A stretch of DNA of 55,752 nucleotides from an uncultured virus (IMG/VR IMGVR_UViG_3300028028_000007) (IMGVR_UViG_3300028028_000007:62001-117752); one strand, 5' to 3'; positions 9,139-18,679 are shown, counted from the first letter of the stretch. Notes: generated by a model from the letters alone, not told the origin. A program made the numbers and translations.

Positions 9139-10513
9139 GGCCGTGCCGCAGGGACCGGGCTTCTCTCATCTTCTCCATGGTGTCCTGGATGATCCACTCG
9201 ACCTTCGGGTCCAGGTTCTCCATCAGCTCCACCCACTCCAGAACACGGGTGCTGTACTCCTTTGCAGTCAGCGTGTTCTTCCCGTGGCGCGGGTAGCAGA
9301 GTTGGAGGATGGCGGCTGCCCAAACACGGGCGTCAACACGCTCAGGACGGTCAGCATCAAGCATGGAAGAGGCGTAGTAGAGCACGGGGGGAAGGGTGTG
9401 GACCGGCGGCACCTCATCGGCCGGCATGTTCTCCGGGCCATCCGGCTCCTCCGGGAGATCAGGCATCTTCTTCCAGCTAGTCCTGAACACCATCGGCCAT
9501 CTGTCTATCGGCCCCACAGCCCATGGTGGCTTGACAGGCGGTGGGCACGACCTGGCGGGAGCCCTTTTGACCTTCGGCCTCGGTTTGGCTTCTGGCTCGG
9601 CCGAGGCTTCTGGCACAGCAGCCGGGACCTTTGGCCGCCTCCCCCGCCTGGGCCGCACCTTCTCGGGCTCCGGCTTCACCGCCAGCTCGATCATGGGGGG
9701 CGCCGGGGCGTCTTGCGGTGAGGCTACGGGCTTCGGCGTCACAGGCATCGGCGTGTGTTCGACCGTGGCCCAGGACATGCTCGGGGGGAAATCTGAGGGA
9801 AGCAGCCGACCCAGCCGGGCGCAGTGACGGCGGAAAGCGAGCCAGCCCAGGGTGGGTCCACCTGTCTCGCGCAGGGCACGACGCACTTCATAAGGGGAAA
9901 ACGATCTGATCAGGCATACCACTTGCGCAGCTTCTGCCATCTCTACGTGCGTGATGTTGGGCATGACCATGAAGCTGGTCAGGTAGTGGACCGGCTCCCC
10001 CCACCGAGGACGCCCCCCGCCGACCCGTGGAACAGGCTCCCCCGCCTGCCAGTGGAGAAAGCGGTCAAGCTCGGGGGATGCGCAGCCCATCACGCTGGCC
10101 TCGTAGGCCTCCTGAGCTTCGTTGCTGGCAGACATGGGGCTGTTGTTCTCCATCAGCGCCATGAAGTAGTCCAGGCAGCGGGTGAGGGTGGTGTCCGAGT
10201 ACCAGGGGGCCTCGTCCAGGCCTCCGATCAAGTCGAGCCACCTGGGGGGGATCGGGTCCACCCCTCTCGGCTGCGTGGGGATGAGCGGCGTCGGATGATC
10301 CGGCACCGATCCACGTCCGGTCGCCCAGGCAACAACGGTGACGACCGCTGGCATGGCATCGTGCCCCGTGAGATGCACCCGGCGACGATCACGGATCGTC
10401 AGCAGCACCTCGTCATGCTCTGGCTGCACCTTCACGTCTTGAAGCAAGAGGTCAGCGAGGCGAGTAGCAGGGATGGATTCTGAAAGGAAGTGGATGGCCT
10501 GAGGGAGGTTCAT
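9083..10513 (-). CDS. Hypothetical protein with Pro/Lys-rich linker, adjacent to the origin-like repeats
   Basis: 476-aa ORF starting immediately at the edge of the AT-rich repeat region. Confidence 0.7.
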   Translation of the reverse strand: MNLPQAIHFLSESIPATRLADLLLQDVKVQPEHDEVLLTIRDRRRVHLTGHDAMPAVVTVVAWATGRGSVPDHPTPLIPTQPRGVDPIPPRWLDLIGGLDEAPWYSDTTLTRCLDYFMALMENNSPMSASNEAQEAYEASVMGCASPELDRFLHWQAGEPVPRVGGGRPRWGEPVHYLTSFMVMPNITHVEMAEAAQVVCLIRSFSPYEVRRALRETGGPTLGWLAFRRHCARLGRLLPSDFPPSMSWATVEHTPMPVTPKPVASPQDAPAPPMIELAVKPEPEKVRPRRGRRPKVPAAVPEASAEPEAKPRPKVKRAPARSCPPPVKPPWAVGPIDRWPMVFRTSWKKMPDLPEEPDGPENMPADEVPPVHTLPPVLYYASSMLDADRPERVDARVWAAAILQLCYPRHGKNTLTAKEYSTRVLEWVELMENLDPKVEWIIQDTMEKMREARSLRHGHEAEMDSFEEEVSDADAR

Positions 10514-10514
10514 G

Positions 10515-10791
10515 TCTACGTGTCTCTATATAGGGGGGTGCGGAGTTCCTTCATATATTCTCTAGACATCTTCCATATATTCTCTAGACATCTTAGGTAT
10601 CTTCTACGTGTCTCTATATAGGTGGTTGCTGAGTTCCTTCATATATCTCTAGACTATTACTTGTCAAGAGATGTATGAAGGAAGTCCGCACCCCCTCCTA
10701 CAAGCGGAGTTGAGAGAGTCCCTGAGCGATTGTCAAGAGGAAGTATGGGTTAGCGTCAAGGGAATATATGAAGGAAGTCCGCACCCCCCTA
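10515..10791. repeat. AT-rich direct and inverted repeat cluster (candidate replication origin / recombination site)
   Basis: 30-bp inverted repeat 10531-10560 / 10762-10791 with 1 mismatch; partial copies at 10631-10646 and 10674-10695; direct repeats TCTACGTGTCTCTATATAGG (10515, 10603) and CATATATTCTCTAGACATCTT (10552, 10574). Confidence 0.9.
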
Positions 10792-11020
10792 CCTAGAGCG
10801 TTGAGCATCCTCAGAGCCTCACTCCCTGGTCCTCCAGTTGACTCCGCACGGCACCTTCTGGCCCGTTTGTCAATCTGTCACGTTTGCGAGGGGTTCAGAG
10901 CATTTTTGTCATTTTGTCAAACCTGGCACGGTTTTTTCGACTTTATGGCGCGTTTGCTACGCTAGTTCGTTTTCGGGGGGTGTTGCAGGTGGCCTGCTGG
11001 GTAATCTGTTCGTGGGCGAC

Positions 11021-11109
11021 CTGCCTACAAGACAGTCTGCATACACGAGTGGCTGCACACGGTAGAGCCTGCCTACAGATGAGGCAGTCTACAGGGAAGG
11101 TCGCCTACG
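11021..11109 (+). repeat. Six degenerate 9-mers (consensus CTGCMTACR) at exact 16-bp period
   Basis: ctgcctaca 11021, ctgcataca 11037, ctgcacacg 11053, ctgcctaca 11069, cagtctaca 11085, tcgcctacg 11101. Confidence 0.75.
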
Positions 11110-11241
11110 GGCGCATACAGCAAGGGGCATGTGTAGTCGATACGCCAGGAAGGAATATGGGAGCAGACGTGCTCAAGCGTCTGGACTACACCGGGAGGAC
11201 TGGCTACCTTATGCGTGCCTACTCCACTGTGCGGGTACCTC

Positions 11242-12525
11242 ATGCCACAGCCTTCCAGCGGCCCCCTCCAAGGTGAAATCAGAGAGAAATGGTCTGGCGA
11301 CTGGCCCGGCATTGACGAGTGGGTGGCCAGGGCGTTTGGCCTGTCCAGCAGCGAGCCGGATGGGCGCAAGCTGGCGAGCATCAAGATCACCACCACCGGC
11401 GATGCCGGGCCAGTCCTGGTTGAGGACGTGATCTGCAACGTGACCGCGTACACCGGGCACTTTCGGGTCGCTTCCGCTCTCGTCAAGGCGCTGGAGGAGT
11501 CCACCAACCCCAGCCCGGGGTTCACGTTCCGCGCCTACTACTACAAGCCGGGCATCTCTGACGCCGACATGATCTTCGGGGAGGATGGCGACACACTGCC
11601 GACGGAGGAGATCCGCGTAGTGTCAGCCATCCATCGGTCTTTCATCCGGGTCGATGCACGCCCTACCCCGACTGAAACTGGGCATGTGCAAGTGCAGCGG
11701 ATCAGCCCAGGGGGAGAGGTGTCCACCATCTCCACGTTGATCAAGGAGGCTGCTGCTGGTAGCGGAGTGCGGCTGTCCGGCGAGACGGCCATGCTGGTGG
11801 CCATCCTCGGGGGGACCATCGACAAGCTCTTCGCGTTCAACACGTTCTTGCTGAACGAGAACAGCGCCCAGCACGCGGACATGGCCTCGGTGTTCCGCGA
11901 GTCACTGAAAGGCCGGGAGCGTGAAGTGTCCAGCCTCCGCAGTGGTCTGGAGCGCGTCCAGGGTGATCTGTTCCACGTCGCACGCTCACGGGATCAGGAC
12001 GCCAGCAAGGCAGAGCTGGAGCGGGTCAAGCTCTCGGAGCGGCTGCGGTCTGAGGAGGAGAGGCGCAAGTCCGTGGAGGGCAACCTGACTGCTGTTCGAG
12101 GTGACGTGGATGCTCACCGACGGCTGGTGCTGCAGAAAGAGAAGGACCTGGAGGACGCCAAGAGAGCAGTCGAAGAGGCGCGAGCCACAGCGGCTGAGGC
12201 CAAGCAGGGCGAGGGCAAGATCCGGGACCGATTCGAGGGCCGCGTGGGCGACCTCATGGATGTCGTGCTGGCCAAGGTGGGCAAGACCGTGACCGGGGAC
12301 GGCAAGGGGGGAAACCCCATCGAAATGCTCGGCAGCTTGTCGGCAGAAGAACTAGCTGTCGCGCTGCGCATGGTGGACCCTGCCAAGCTCCGCGCTGCGG
12401 GGCGGCAGGTTGTGCAGGCAGACCAGGGGCTCGCCCGCGACATGATGGTGGAGATGGCCGACGAGTACCGCGACAAGTACGAAGTGCCGGAAGACACCAC
12501 GAATGGTGATGGGAGCACAACATGA
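11242..12525 (+). CDS. Hypothetical coiled-coil protein
   Basis: Long ORF (GTG 11215 or ATG 11242) with a heptad-rich E/R/K segment in the C-terminal half. Confidence 0.8.
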   Translation: MPQPSSGPLQGEIREKWSGDWPGIDEWVARAFGLSSSEPDGRKLASIKITTTGDAGPVLVEDVICNVTAYTGHFRVASALVKALEESTNPSPGFTFRAYYYKPGISDADMIFGEDGDTLPTEEIRVVSAIHRSFIRVDARPTPTETGHVQVQRISPGGEVSTISTLIKEAAAGSGVRLSGETAMLVAILGGTIDKLFAFNTFLLNENSAQHADMASVFRESLKGREREVSSLRSGLERVQGDLFHVARSRDQDASKAELERVKLSERLRSEEERRKSVEGNLTAVRGDVDAHRRLVLQKEKDLEDAKRAVEEARATAAEAKQGEGKIRDRFEGRVGDLMDVVLAKVGKTVTGDGKGGNPIEMLGSLSAEELAVALRMVDPAKLRAAGRQVVQADQGLARDMMVEMADEYRDKYEVPEDTTNGDGSTT

Positions 12526-12935
12526 GTGAGCAGGATGTAGGCAAGATTGAGCGCCTGAGCCGTGAGCTGGCAGAAGCCGCGAGGAAGGTGCTGTCCATCA
12601 TCCGGGCAGAAAATGACCCAGCAGTCATGGCCGACATCTGGCTGGATGAGGCCAAGACTGTACGGCTGGTCCGAGTCGCCCACATCCGGTATCTCCCCAG
12701 TGGACTGACCGTGCTCACCCTCGTGTTCAACGCGGGGGTTCCCATGGCAGTGGTGGAGGATGTCATCGAGGGCGCGCGTCGGGCGGCCTTCCAGCTGGGC
12801 GCCCCACGGGACAACCTCGGCCTGGTAGCCGGTCAAGACACCGTGAGCGATCAGCTCCCCCTCGACATCGGCTCGGATGCCATGCTCCCCGAAGCTGGTG
12901 TGTTCACCCTCCAGTGGGTCACGGTAAAAAGATGA
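12522..12935 (+). CDS. Hypothetical protein
   Basis: 137 aa, ATGA-coupled to both neighbours. Confidence 0.75.
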   Translation: MSEQDVGKIERLSRELAEAARKVLSIIRAENDPAVMADIWLDEAKTVRLVRVAHIRYLPSGLTVLTLVFNAGVPMAVVEDVIEGARRAAFQLGAPRDNLGLVAGQDTVSDQLPLDIGSDAMLPEAGVFTLQWVTVKR

Positions 12936-13333
12936 TCGAAATCTGCTTTACCTGCGACATCTGCCACGGCCAGGCCATCACGCAGACGAACAAGAGCGAA
13001 CCCGATGGGTGGATCAGTCTCGTGGTGACCGGCACGCTGCAGGCCGAAAAGCCGTATGCTGCTGGGCTCGACGGGCTAGACGTGGAAGAGCAGGCCTATC
13101 AGGCGGCCATGGCACGGTGGGTGAACAACATCTCCCAGGGTCTCACCCCGACACTGCACATCTGCCCTGAGTGTCGTCGGCAACGGCGAGACATCTGGGA
13201 GATCATCGAGGGCTACTTGGGGGGTGAAGTGCAGCAAGAACAGAGGGGAAAGGGTGTGACCTGCAGCTTGCACTTGATCGGGGGAGAGCAGGGTCTCCCA
13301 GACGAGCCACCGAGGGATGGCGAACTCGCTTGA
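12932..13333 (+). CDS. Putative zinc-binding protein
   Basis: ATG 12932 overlaps the previous stop; CDIC ... CPEC pairs. Confidence 0.7.
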   Translation: MIEICFTCDICHGQAITQTNKSEPDGWISLVVTGTLQAEKPYAAGLDGLDVEEQAYQAAMARWVNNISQGLTPTLHICPECRRQRRDIWEIIEGYLGGEVQQEQRGKGVTCSLHLIGGEQGLPDEPPRDGELA

Positions 13334-13410
13334 TATAGACAGCTTGCCCCTCTTGTGGTAGAGCCTGAATGATCGGTTCTCGGTCATTCAACCTCTGCCG
13401 GAGAGCAGCC

Positions 13411-15768
13411 ATGAACCCCGCCTGCGAGCGTGCCTGGAACAACCATGTCGTCCCGGATGAAGAGTCCGGGTCCGTCCTCTTCCTCAACAACCCGGTGGGG
13501 GTCAGCGGGTTCTTCAGCTTCCTGAAGCGGAAGAAGGGGCCCAAAGACGCTGGCGTCATGGCCACCGAGTCCAAGAAGGCTGAGGTGAAGGCAGCCGAGA
13601 AGAAGATGCGCAAGGAGGCGGACATCCAGGCCGCGATCATGTCGGCGGGCAAGGCGTACTACAAGTGGGCCCTGGAGAACAACATCCCGGTGAAGCCCGA
13701 CGCCATGGTGGACCGTGGCGGGACGGATCTCTCCCCGACCTTCCTCTACGGCTACTGGACCCAGCTCCTCTCCCGAAACGACCGCGACGAGGCCGAAGCC
13801 GCCGCGAAGAAGGCCGCCAAGAGCAAGGGAGCCTTCTACCAGCTCGGCAGCCCGGATGAGGATGACTACTACCCCATCGTGTTCACCAACGACCCGCAGG
13901 CCATCATCACCCACCTGAGCAAGAACCCGCTGCGCGTGCCTGGTGCAATCCGCCCGGCTGAGTCGTACCTGGACTTCGACCCGGGCGCTCGGGACCGCGA
14001 GGGCAGCGCGGGCGTGGGGGATCTGCGCACCCTGCTCCTCCCGGGGCTGAGCACTGGACGGGGCTCCCGGGACACCGAGAGCCTGATCAAGAGGCTGCAG
14101 AAGGCGGAATCGAAGCTGGCCAAGTACGAGGCCAAGGGCAAGCGCCGGTTCACCTCCTACTGGCAGAAGAAGGTCGACGGGCTCAAGGCCCAGATCCAGG
14201 AAGCCCAGCAGCGCATGGGACGCTACGCCGGCACCTCGGATAGCTGGGACGAGAGCGGGTGGGTGGACTACTACGGCATTGCCGAGACCGTGGGCAACCT
14301 GGTGCAGGCCGTGAACGCAGTCTGCGCGGACGACGATGATGACAGCGCCGAAGGGCTCGTGGTTGTCGGTGAGATGACCATGCCCACGTTCTGGTGGCTC
14401 AAGCGCGGCGCCGCGCGGATCGAGGCGCTGGATCAGAAGCTGGAAGAGGCGAAGGCCAAGCTCGCCGAGGCTGAGCAGGGAGAGCAGACCCAGGTCAACC
14501 AGGCCAAGATCGTCGGGCTCAAGGGCAAGATCGCGAAGCTGGAGAAGCGGATCGTCAAGTCCGCCGGCCGCGTGCAGAAGCGGGCGGTGAAGCAGGAGAG
14601 CAAGGCCGCGAAGGCGGAATCCAAGCTCGCCTCCCAGCCGACCGTGGCTGCCGTGGGCTGGGTGGACTACTACAACGATGAGCGCGAGGTCGCTGGGCTG
14701 GAGGCCATGGTCGGCGCGATCAGCACGGCCGTGGACGATCTCGATGACGCCGGCTTCGTGGCTGAGCTGATGTACGACAAGGCGCTGCGCGGCGAGCGGT
14801 GGGGCAGCTTCGGAGTCGGCGCGGCCAACCCCCAGGCCGGTGTCGCCGTCTCTGCCGCTCGGCGGGACTACGTGATCGGCCTGACGGAGGGTGGAGTCGA
14901 GTACAAGCAGCTCCCGAATGGGGCCATCCAGGTGCTCGGTGACGTGGCGCAGATCAGCCAGGCCTACCACTACGCCCAGATGACCGCGGACGCCTTCGGC
15001 GTCAAGGCAGCGGTCAACCCGAAGACCAACACCGTCACCTTCATCGCAGTTTCGAGCAGCGATGGTGTGGGCGGCTCCTGGTCCGACAGGAAGCGGCTCC
15101 ACCCCCAGATCAACGCCGCCCGCAAGGAGTTCAAGACCTGGATGGAGACCACGGGCAAGCCCTACGCGACCCGCAAGGGTGAAGGGGGCCTCAAGGCCGC
15201 CTACCGGGTCCATGCCCATCAGGGAGTGGTGCGCAAGGCGCGGGCTATCGCCAGCAAGCACAACCTGGACATCCGGGTCAAGGCGGGCTCCGATGGTACC
15301 TACGTGGTGGAGTTCGTCCCCTTCTACATGAGCGGGGCCGTCGGCAGGGGGAGGAGGATGGCACGGATGAGCCTCTCCCGTCCCATGCCCACCCTTCAGG
15401 CTCAGACCACCACCCAGTCCGCCCTCAGCTCCAACCCCAAGTACGGTCAGCCGGGTGGGAAGGCTGCTTTCCGTCTGCACCAGCAGCACAAGGAGTACAA
15501 GGAGCAGCTCGAAGCCCAGCGCGCTCAGCAGTCGCAGTACGGCGAGCAGCAGTACGGCGGCGAGGACTACTACGGTGGCTACCAGGGCGGTGGCAGCCAG
15601 GATGGGAGCTACCCCGAGACCGAGGAGGTCATCATCCTGGAGCAGGGGCCGCTCGTTCCCATCGGGCAGATGCCCTCCAACATGCCGGTGATGAGGCGTC
15701 AGGTGATGCCCGCCATGGCGCAGCCGCTCCCGTACCCCGCCAGCTACCCGTTCTACCCCTACGTGTAG
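13411..15768 (+). CDS. Large modular protein with internal repeats (putative virion protein / polyprotein)
   Basis: 785 aa from ATG 13411 with strong GC3 bias; duplicated GWVDYY and coiled-coil units, three related alpha/beta modules, 10 VG dipeptides, Q/Y/G-rich tail. Confidence 0.8.
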   Translation: MNPACERAWNNHVVPDEESGSVLFLNNPVGVSGFFSFLKRKKGPKDAGVMATESKKAEVKAAEKKMRKEADIQAAIMSAGKAYYKWALENNIPVKPDAMVDRGGTDLSPTFLYGYWTQLLSRNDRDEAEAAAKKAAKSKGAFYQLGSPDEDDYYPIVFTNDPQAIITHLSKNPLRVPGAIRPAESYLDFDPGARDREGSAGVGDLRTLLLPGLSTGRGSRDTESLIKRLQKAESKLAKYEAKGKRRFTSYWQKKVDGLKAQIQEAQQRMGRYAGTSDSWDESGWVDYYGIAETVGNLVQAVNAVCADDDDDSAEGLVVVGEMTMPTFWWLKRGAARIEALDQKLEEAKAKLAEAEQGEQTQVNQAKIVGLKGKIAKLEKRIVKSAGRVQKRAVKQESKAAKAESKLASQPTVAAVGWVDYYNDEREVAGLEAMVGAISTAVDDLDDAGFVAELMYDKALRGERWGSFGVGAANPQAGVAVSAARRDYVIGLTEGGVEYKQLPNGAIQVLGDVAQISQAYHYAQMTADAFGVKAAVNPKTNTVTFIAVSSSDGVGGSWSDRKRLHPQINAARKEFKTWMETTGKPYATRKGEGGLKAAYRVHAHQGVVRKARAIASKHNLDIRVKAGSDGTYVVEFVPFYMSGAVGRGRRMARMSLSRPMPTLQAQTTTQSALSSNPKYGQPGGKAAFRLHQQHKEYKEQLEAQRAQQSQYGEQQYGGEDYYGGYQGGGSQDGSYPETEEVIILEQGPLVPIGQMPSNMPVMRRQVMPAMAQPLPYPASYPFYPYV

Positions 15769-15832
15769 TGAGTGGACGGCAGTGAACCAGCCGGGCTGCG
15801 GTGAACAGCAACACCGTGAGCCCGGCGTTGCC

Positions 15833-16204
15833 ATGTGGCAAGGCCAGGACAGGGCCAGACCATCCACCACGGCCAACGTGGTGCGCTACGTCGTGAACGC
15901 ACTGATCCTCATGGCCTTGCTGATCGTGTTCCTGGCCGTGCTGGGCATGTACTCCCGGAAGGTGCCCGATCCCGTAGGGATGCTGATAGCTGCTGTCCAG
16001 GTTCTTGCCGTGGTCGCCGGGGCTATCGGTGCTGTCACGACGGGAGGGCTCGTGGCTCGGAAAGCGACAGATGCCGCGAGCTTCTACTATGGGACCACAC
16101 GCACATGGCAGGGGCAGCCGATTACACAACCGCCGGCACTGCAACAGGCCGAAGCCACGCCACCTGGGATAGAAGATGCTGACCCACCAGGAGCAGACCC
16201 ATGA
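15833..16204 (+). CDS. Two-TM membrane protein (holin-like or virion membrane protein)
   Basis: Hydrophobic helices VVNALILMALLIVFLAVLGMY and VGMLIAAVQVLAVVAGAIGAV. Confidence 0.7.
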   Translation: MWQGQDRARPSTTANVVRYVVNALILMALLIVFLAVLGMYSRKVPDPVGMLIAAVQVLAVVAGAIGAVTTGGLVARKATDAASFYYGTTRTWQGQPITQPPALQQAEATPPGIEDADPPGADP

Positions 16205-16716
16205 GCGACCAGCATGATACTCCCGTCCCCATGAACATCCACGTCGGAGGCAAGCCCATGGCTGCCAGTGTCATCATCTCGATCATCCTCGGTTCGATTC
16301 TGGCGGGAGCTGTCACGGGAGGGGTCGTCACCGAGCGCATCCACAAGAGAGCCATGGAGCAGGCCCTTGCGGCTCAACCACCTGTTGTGGACACGACGGC
16401 GCAGGGGCAGACCAACGCGGTCACGGCCTTGACCGACCTGGACCTGACCAAGCCCCTGTGCGACCCGGCATGGCTGAACCCAGAAGGCATCAGCATGACA
16501 CTCGACGGTGAGGGTCAAGACCTCGTGCGGCGCCTCCTGCTCTGCCGTGAGGTTCTGTGCTGGCAGCAAGGGCAGTCCACGACAACCAAGGCCGAGGCCA
16601 CTGGGTGTGACGCGATCAGCAACCTGGCGAACAGCGCGGCCATCTTGGCTCTGTGCGGCGATACCGACACGCCCGCGGGCAAGGCCTGCATCGCCATCGT
16701 CAACGCTCGGAAGTGA
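16201..16716 (+). CDS. Membrane-anchored Cys-rich protein
   Basis: N-terminal TM helix and six Cys in the C-terminal domain; ATGA-coupled to the previous gene. Confidence 0.75.
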   Translation: MSDQHDTPVPMNIHVGGKPMAASVIISIILGSILAGAVTGGVVTERIHKRAMEQALAAQPPVVDTTAQGQTNAVTALTDLDLTKPLCDPAWLNPEGISMTLDGEGQDLVRRLLLCREVLCWQQGQSTTTKAEATGCDAISNLANSAAILALCGDTDTPAGKACIAIVNARK

Positions 16717-16896
16717 CATGACCCCGTGAGGGGCTAGCGCATGGCACGCACGCCATGTGCGCCGCTGCTGCGTCTCTCGCTCGTGCTCACAGCATAGGGG
16801 GGAGTTGGCTAGCCACTTTGGGCCTTGTCGAGGGGGCCAAAGGGGGCCGACTGTGTATTTCATACGGGGAACCTACAATACAGCCCAAGCTGGGTA

Positions 16897-16949
16897 TTGA
16901 CGCATAAGGTGGGCACAGTAGAGTGCTCACCCAAAACGTCATACGATCT
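16897..16949 (+). promoter_or_regulatory. Putative promoter TTGACG-N16-TAGAGT followed by GTCATACGATCT motif
   Basis: Lies in the 340-bp intergenic region upstream of the strongly codon-biased 17061 and 17959 genes; the 12-mer recurs at 25289. Confidence 0.45.
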
Positions 16950-17060
16950 AACTACAACGCCGACTATGCCCGTTGCGAGTGGTTGGAGGGGTCCGTTACC
17001 CTACCTCTTGAATCGCACTTCGCTTTTCCTCCACCCCCGCACAGCATGAGGATCGCACCC

Positions 17061-17837
17061 ATGGCAGCCCCAACCGCTCCCAAGGTCACCAGCGTCACCG
17101 TCACCGAGAAGGCCCACAAGGCCAAGCACGGCAGCTTCTCTGCCTGGGTCAAGCGCACCGTCGGTCCCCGTGCCGCTGCCATCGTCCCCCATGCCGTCGA
17201 GACCGGCGAGATCGCCGGCACCGCGCTGGTGTCCGCGCTGGCCGAGGGCTACGCCAACGCCAAGCGTCCCGGCAAGGGCCTGAAGCTGGGCCCCGTCGAC
17301 GCACGCTGGGTGCTGACCGCGGGCGCCTTCATCATGGGGCTGTGGAACCCCAAGAAGATCAACGAGCACGCCATCAACATCGGTGAAGGCCTCCTGACCT
17401 CCATGCTGGTCCAGCCGGGCGTCAAGTGGGGCGCCGATCTGGCCAACAGCGAGTTTCCCCTGCTCGGGAAGGGCAAGGAAGACCCGCCCGTCACCGAGTC
17501 CACCACCGCCGTCACCGAGTCCACCACCGCCGCCCCCGCCGAGAAGGCCACCGCCGGTGGTGTGGTCGTCGGTGTGATCGACGGCTCGGGCAGGGTCCAG
17601 CGGACCAGCAGGGACCGCGACGGACGCAAGGGCCAGGACAAGGGCAAGGCCCGCCTCCAGGCCATGCGCAAGCAGATCGTGCAGCTCATGCACCAGGAGA
17701 AGGATCTCGCCAAGCGTGAGCGCGAGCCCTCCATGTTCCCCCGCCTGCAGGGTTCCGAGCTGAAGAGCCGCCTGCGTGAAGGCCGGGACGATGGCGAGAA
17801 GCGCCGCTTCCTCCCCTGGCGGAAGCACAACGACTAG
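17061..17837 (+). CDS. Putative virion/membrane-associated protein
   Basis: ATG 17061 with GAGG; extreme C-ending codon bias; hydrophobic helical core, VTESTTA x2 repeat, VVVG junction, basic C-terminus. Confidence 0.8.
   Translation: MAAPTAPKVTSVTVTEKAHKAKHGSFSAWVKRTVGPRAAAIVPHAVETGEIAGTALVSALAEGYANAKRPGKGLKLGPVDARWVLTAGAFIMGLWNPKKINEHAINIGEGLLTSMLVQPGVKWGADLANSEFPLLGKGKEDPPVTESTTAVTESTTAAPAEKATAGGVVVGVIDGSGRVQRTSRDRDGRKGQDKGKARLQAMRKQIVQLMHQEKDLAKREREPSMFPRLQGSELKSRLREGRDDGEKRRFLPWRKHND
17489..17531 (+). repeat. 21-bp in-frame tandem duplication (VTESTTA x2)
   Basis: cgtcaccgagtccaccaccgc repeated twice. Confidence 0.85.
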
Positions 17838-17958
17838 CTCCAGCACCCCCTTCTACCCCTTCCCGAAAGGGAAAACCGGCCCCGAGACGTTCGACGGGCC
17901 AGCCGAGACGAGCAACCGAAACGCCCCCTGAGGGCTCACGACAAGAGAGGACACCACC

Positions 17959-18642
17959 ATGGCCATCGAGAAGCTGGGCTACGTGCCCGCCTACCACGAC
18001 ACCGAGACCGGCGAGATCGTCGTTGACCCCAACCAGGTCGGCGAGATGGATGACGATGACGACTCCGGCGCCGTCAACTGGCCCTTCGGGCGCCGCGCCC
18101 GCCTGGCCCGCACCCAGCGCATGGAGGACCGCCTCGGCCGCCGTGTGTCCCGTCAGCAGCGGCGTGGGCTCACCCAGCCCGACGAGAACGAGGACGTGGC
18201 GGACGCCTACGAGGGCGCCGTCGCCCGCGGTGCGATCATCCGGAACCAGTACAACGGCCTCGGCTCCGTGATCATCGCTGACACCGCCACCGGCACCCTG
18301 ACCGACGTGATCAACCGGACCTTCTGGGCCAAGAGCCTGGTCCTGGCCTGCGGCACCCCCACCGACGTGCTGGTCCTGTCCATCACCGTCGCCGGACTGC
18401 CCATCAACATCGGCGCCCGCGGGATGCCCATGACTGCGTGGAACCACGACAGCACCCGCTTCACCTTCGAGTTCTCCAAGAAGCTCGCGGTGACCGGCCA
18501 GTCCTTCACCGTGACCCTGCAGAACATCAACGGCGCCGGCGCGAACCGCACCATCGCCGGTGGGCTCATCGGCGACGAGCTGGACCCCTACGCCATGCAG
18601 CACATGGTCGAGGCCAACCTCCTGGCGTCCATCAACCGCTAG
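17959..18642 (+). CDS. Candidate major capsid protein (single beta-jelly-roll-like C-terminal domain)
   Basis: GAGAGG RBS and very strong codon bias; acidic then Arg-rich N-terminal arm followed by ~115 aa of alternating beta-strand pattern (SVIIAD, TLTDVI, SLVLA, VLVLSITVAG, FTFEF, SFTVTLQN, TIAGGLIG). The ORF is secure; the fold is inferred. Confidence 0.55.
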   Translation: MAIEKLGYVPAYHDTETGEIVVDPNQVGEMDDDDDSGAVNWPFGRRARLARTQRMEDRLGRRVSRQQRRGLTQPDENEDVADAYEGAVARGAIIRNQYNGLGSVIIADTATGTLTDVINRTFWAKSLVLACGTPTDVLVLSITVAGLPINIGARGMPMTAWNHDSTRFTFEFSKKLAVTGQSFTVTLQNINGAGANRTIAGGLIGDELDPYAMQHMVEANLLASINR

Positions 18643-18679
18643 ACCCGGCAACCCCGCTCCCGGGGCGCCCGGCAACCCC

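Noticed and set aside
10515..11119. Possible CRISPR array, given the Cas4-like gene
   Set aside because: The repeats are of mixed orientation and length, without constant-length unique spacers; no cas1/cas2 present.
10768..11276. Short ORFs across the origin-like region
   Set aside because: Atypical composition, no RBS, and they overlap repeat arrays; most likely non-coding.
11242..12525. Coiled-coil protein as tape measure or SMC
   Set aside because: Too short, with no Walker motifs and no neighbouring tail genes.
13384..15876. 830-aa minus-strand ORF (likewise 21100-23844, 43894-46200, 47463-49307, 17686-19281, 19360-20958 and 6400-7695)
   Set aside because: Antisense shadows of GC3-biased genes on the other strand; they have L/V/G/H-rich unnatural composition, no RBS and no motifs.
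16720..17045. Possible tRNA or known ncRNA in the long intergenic gap
   Set aside because: Only weak hairpins; no cloverleaf, T-loop or recognisable family motif.
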